IMG/VR virus record: IMGVR_UViG_3300037882_001770 | Span: 253,494 to 317,493 of that record | Length of the DNA: 64,000 bases | Strand: one strand, 5' to 3' | Shown: piece after piece, positions 63,277-64,000 of the stretch | How the letters are laid out: each line of letters opens with the position of its first letter | Position numbering within the stretch: the first letter of the stretch is position 1 | Translations under genes and position numbers: made by a program | The notes under the pieces: model-generated | What the model was told of the DNA's origin: nothing | The model's input: only the letters and a program-made list of their open reading frames with translations | The model's database searches: none

Positions 63277-64000
63277 GGCGACTGGCACAGCTATTCACGC
63301 AGGCGTACAATCTGCCGTCGCGTATGCTGTCCCGTTTCCAAGTAGCTTCTACTGCATCGAACCATTCAATACAGTGTTCCAAACTGTATTCTAACGCATT
63401 GTTTTCCCGAACTAGCGGCAACAGTTGTTCGTTGCCCGGATGTTTCATTTGTCCCGGGTAAAAACCCAAAAAGCAACAAGGATACACTGTACCGTCGGCT
63501 GCTAGATATATTTCCTGTAGTCGCTTGTGCTGACACATCATGTTCAACACTGGGGTGTCTTTTTCTGACTGTACCGTGCGATGATCAAACCATGTCACAT
63601 GGCTTTCCAACAAGGGCTTGATATCAGGACGTTCCGACGTGCTGGACCAAGGCTGTCCTAACCAGTGACTAAAGTCTCCAGTGCGTGAGTATACCGGACC
63701 TTGATTGCGCCCTTCGTCTATGTTTTCAAACGCAGCAAAGCCTATCTGTTTGGCCAACTCTGTACAGGCCAAAATCTGATGCCGATTGTGGTCAAACGGA
63801 ATAAACCGCCAAATGGCACGGCCACCTGCTTGAATGTATGCTCGGGCATTGTCAATGATCTTGTGCCAGTCAGTGTCTTGTCGATATAGACTGTGTGTAT
63901 CGGCTAGCCCATCCAGAGCAAAGCCAATTGTAACTCCGGGTCTGGCCAAGCCTGCCCACCAGTCTGGAGTACGCATACTGCCGTTGCTGTTGATGTAGAC
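63248..64000 (-). CDS. Radical SAM/SPASM-domain protein, 5' part outside window
   Basis: ALDGLADTHSLYR, C..IYLAADGTVYPCC, CVNSC. Confidence 0.75.
   Translation of the reverse strand, partial: VYINSNGSMRTPDWWAGLARPGVTIGFALDGLADTHSLYRQDTDWHKIIDNARAYIQAGGRAIWRFIPFDHNRHQILACTELAKQIGFAAFENIDEGRNQGPVYSRTGDFSHWLGQPWSSTSERPDIKPLLESHVTWFDHRTVQSEKDTPVLNMMCQHKRLQEIYLAADGTVYPCCFLGFYPGQMKHPGNEQLLPLVRENNALEYSLEHCIEWFDAVEATWKRDSIRDGRLYACVNSCASRPSPPGLTPL

Noticed and set aside
1-64000. Alternative genetic code (stop-codon reassignment)
   Set aside because: Long genes are intact under the standard code, and TAA, TGA and TAG all end genes.

Overview
A 64-kb segment of a large T4-superfamily-like (jumbo) dsDNA phage of a Gram-negative host. 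Almost every gene is on the + strand; a single minus-strand radical-SAM gene enters at the right edge. From left to right: (i) lysis module (spanin with embedded lipoprotein, 3-TM holin); (ii) DnaJ and ClpA; (iii) a ~14-kb block of late-promoter genes sharing an M-[RK]-x-x-[ED]-[FIL] N-terminus and built from small modules separated by hydrophobic-x-Glu sites (nucleotidyltransferase, zincin, amidoligase, ParB, GNAT, Dps, deaminase), probably protease-processed internal head proteins; (iv) family-B DNA polymerase and sliding clamp, followed by a 7-deazaguanine-type cluster (TGT-like, folE, queD, queE, a second T-fold protein, PRTase) interleaved with nucleotide-sugar genes; (v) RNase H and small phage genes; (vi) a transporter island (TctA, TctC-like, DctP, MFS) flanked by two PP-loop paralogs; (vii) a permuted two-piece tmRNA. 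The least expected signals are non-coding: a duplicated ~110-nt structured leader with compensatory stem changes in front of both solute-binding-protein genes, a two-piece tmRNA with a 29-codon tag and a membrane-peptide ORF in its intervening segment, and pseudoknot-like leaders at queD, folE and 22.4 kb. All protein calls come from motif recognition by eye, not database searches.
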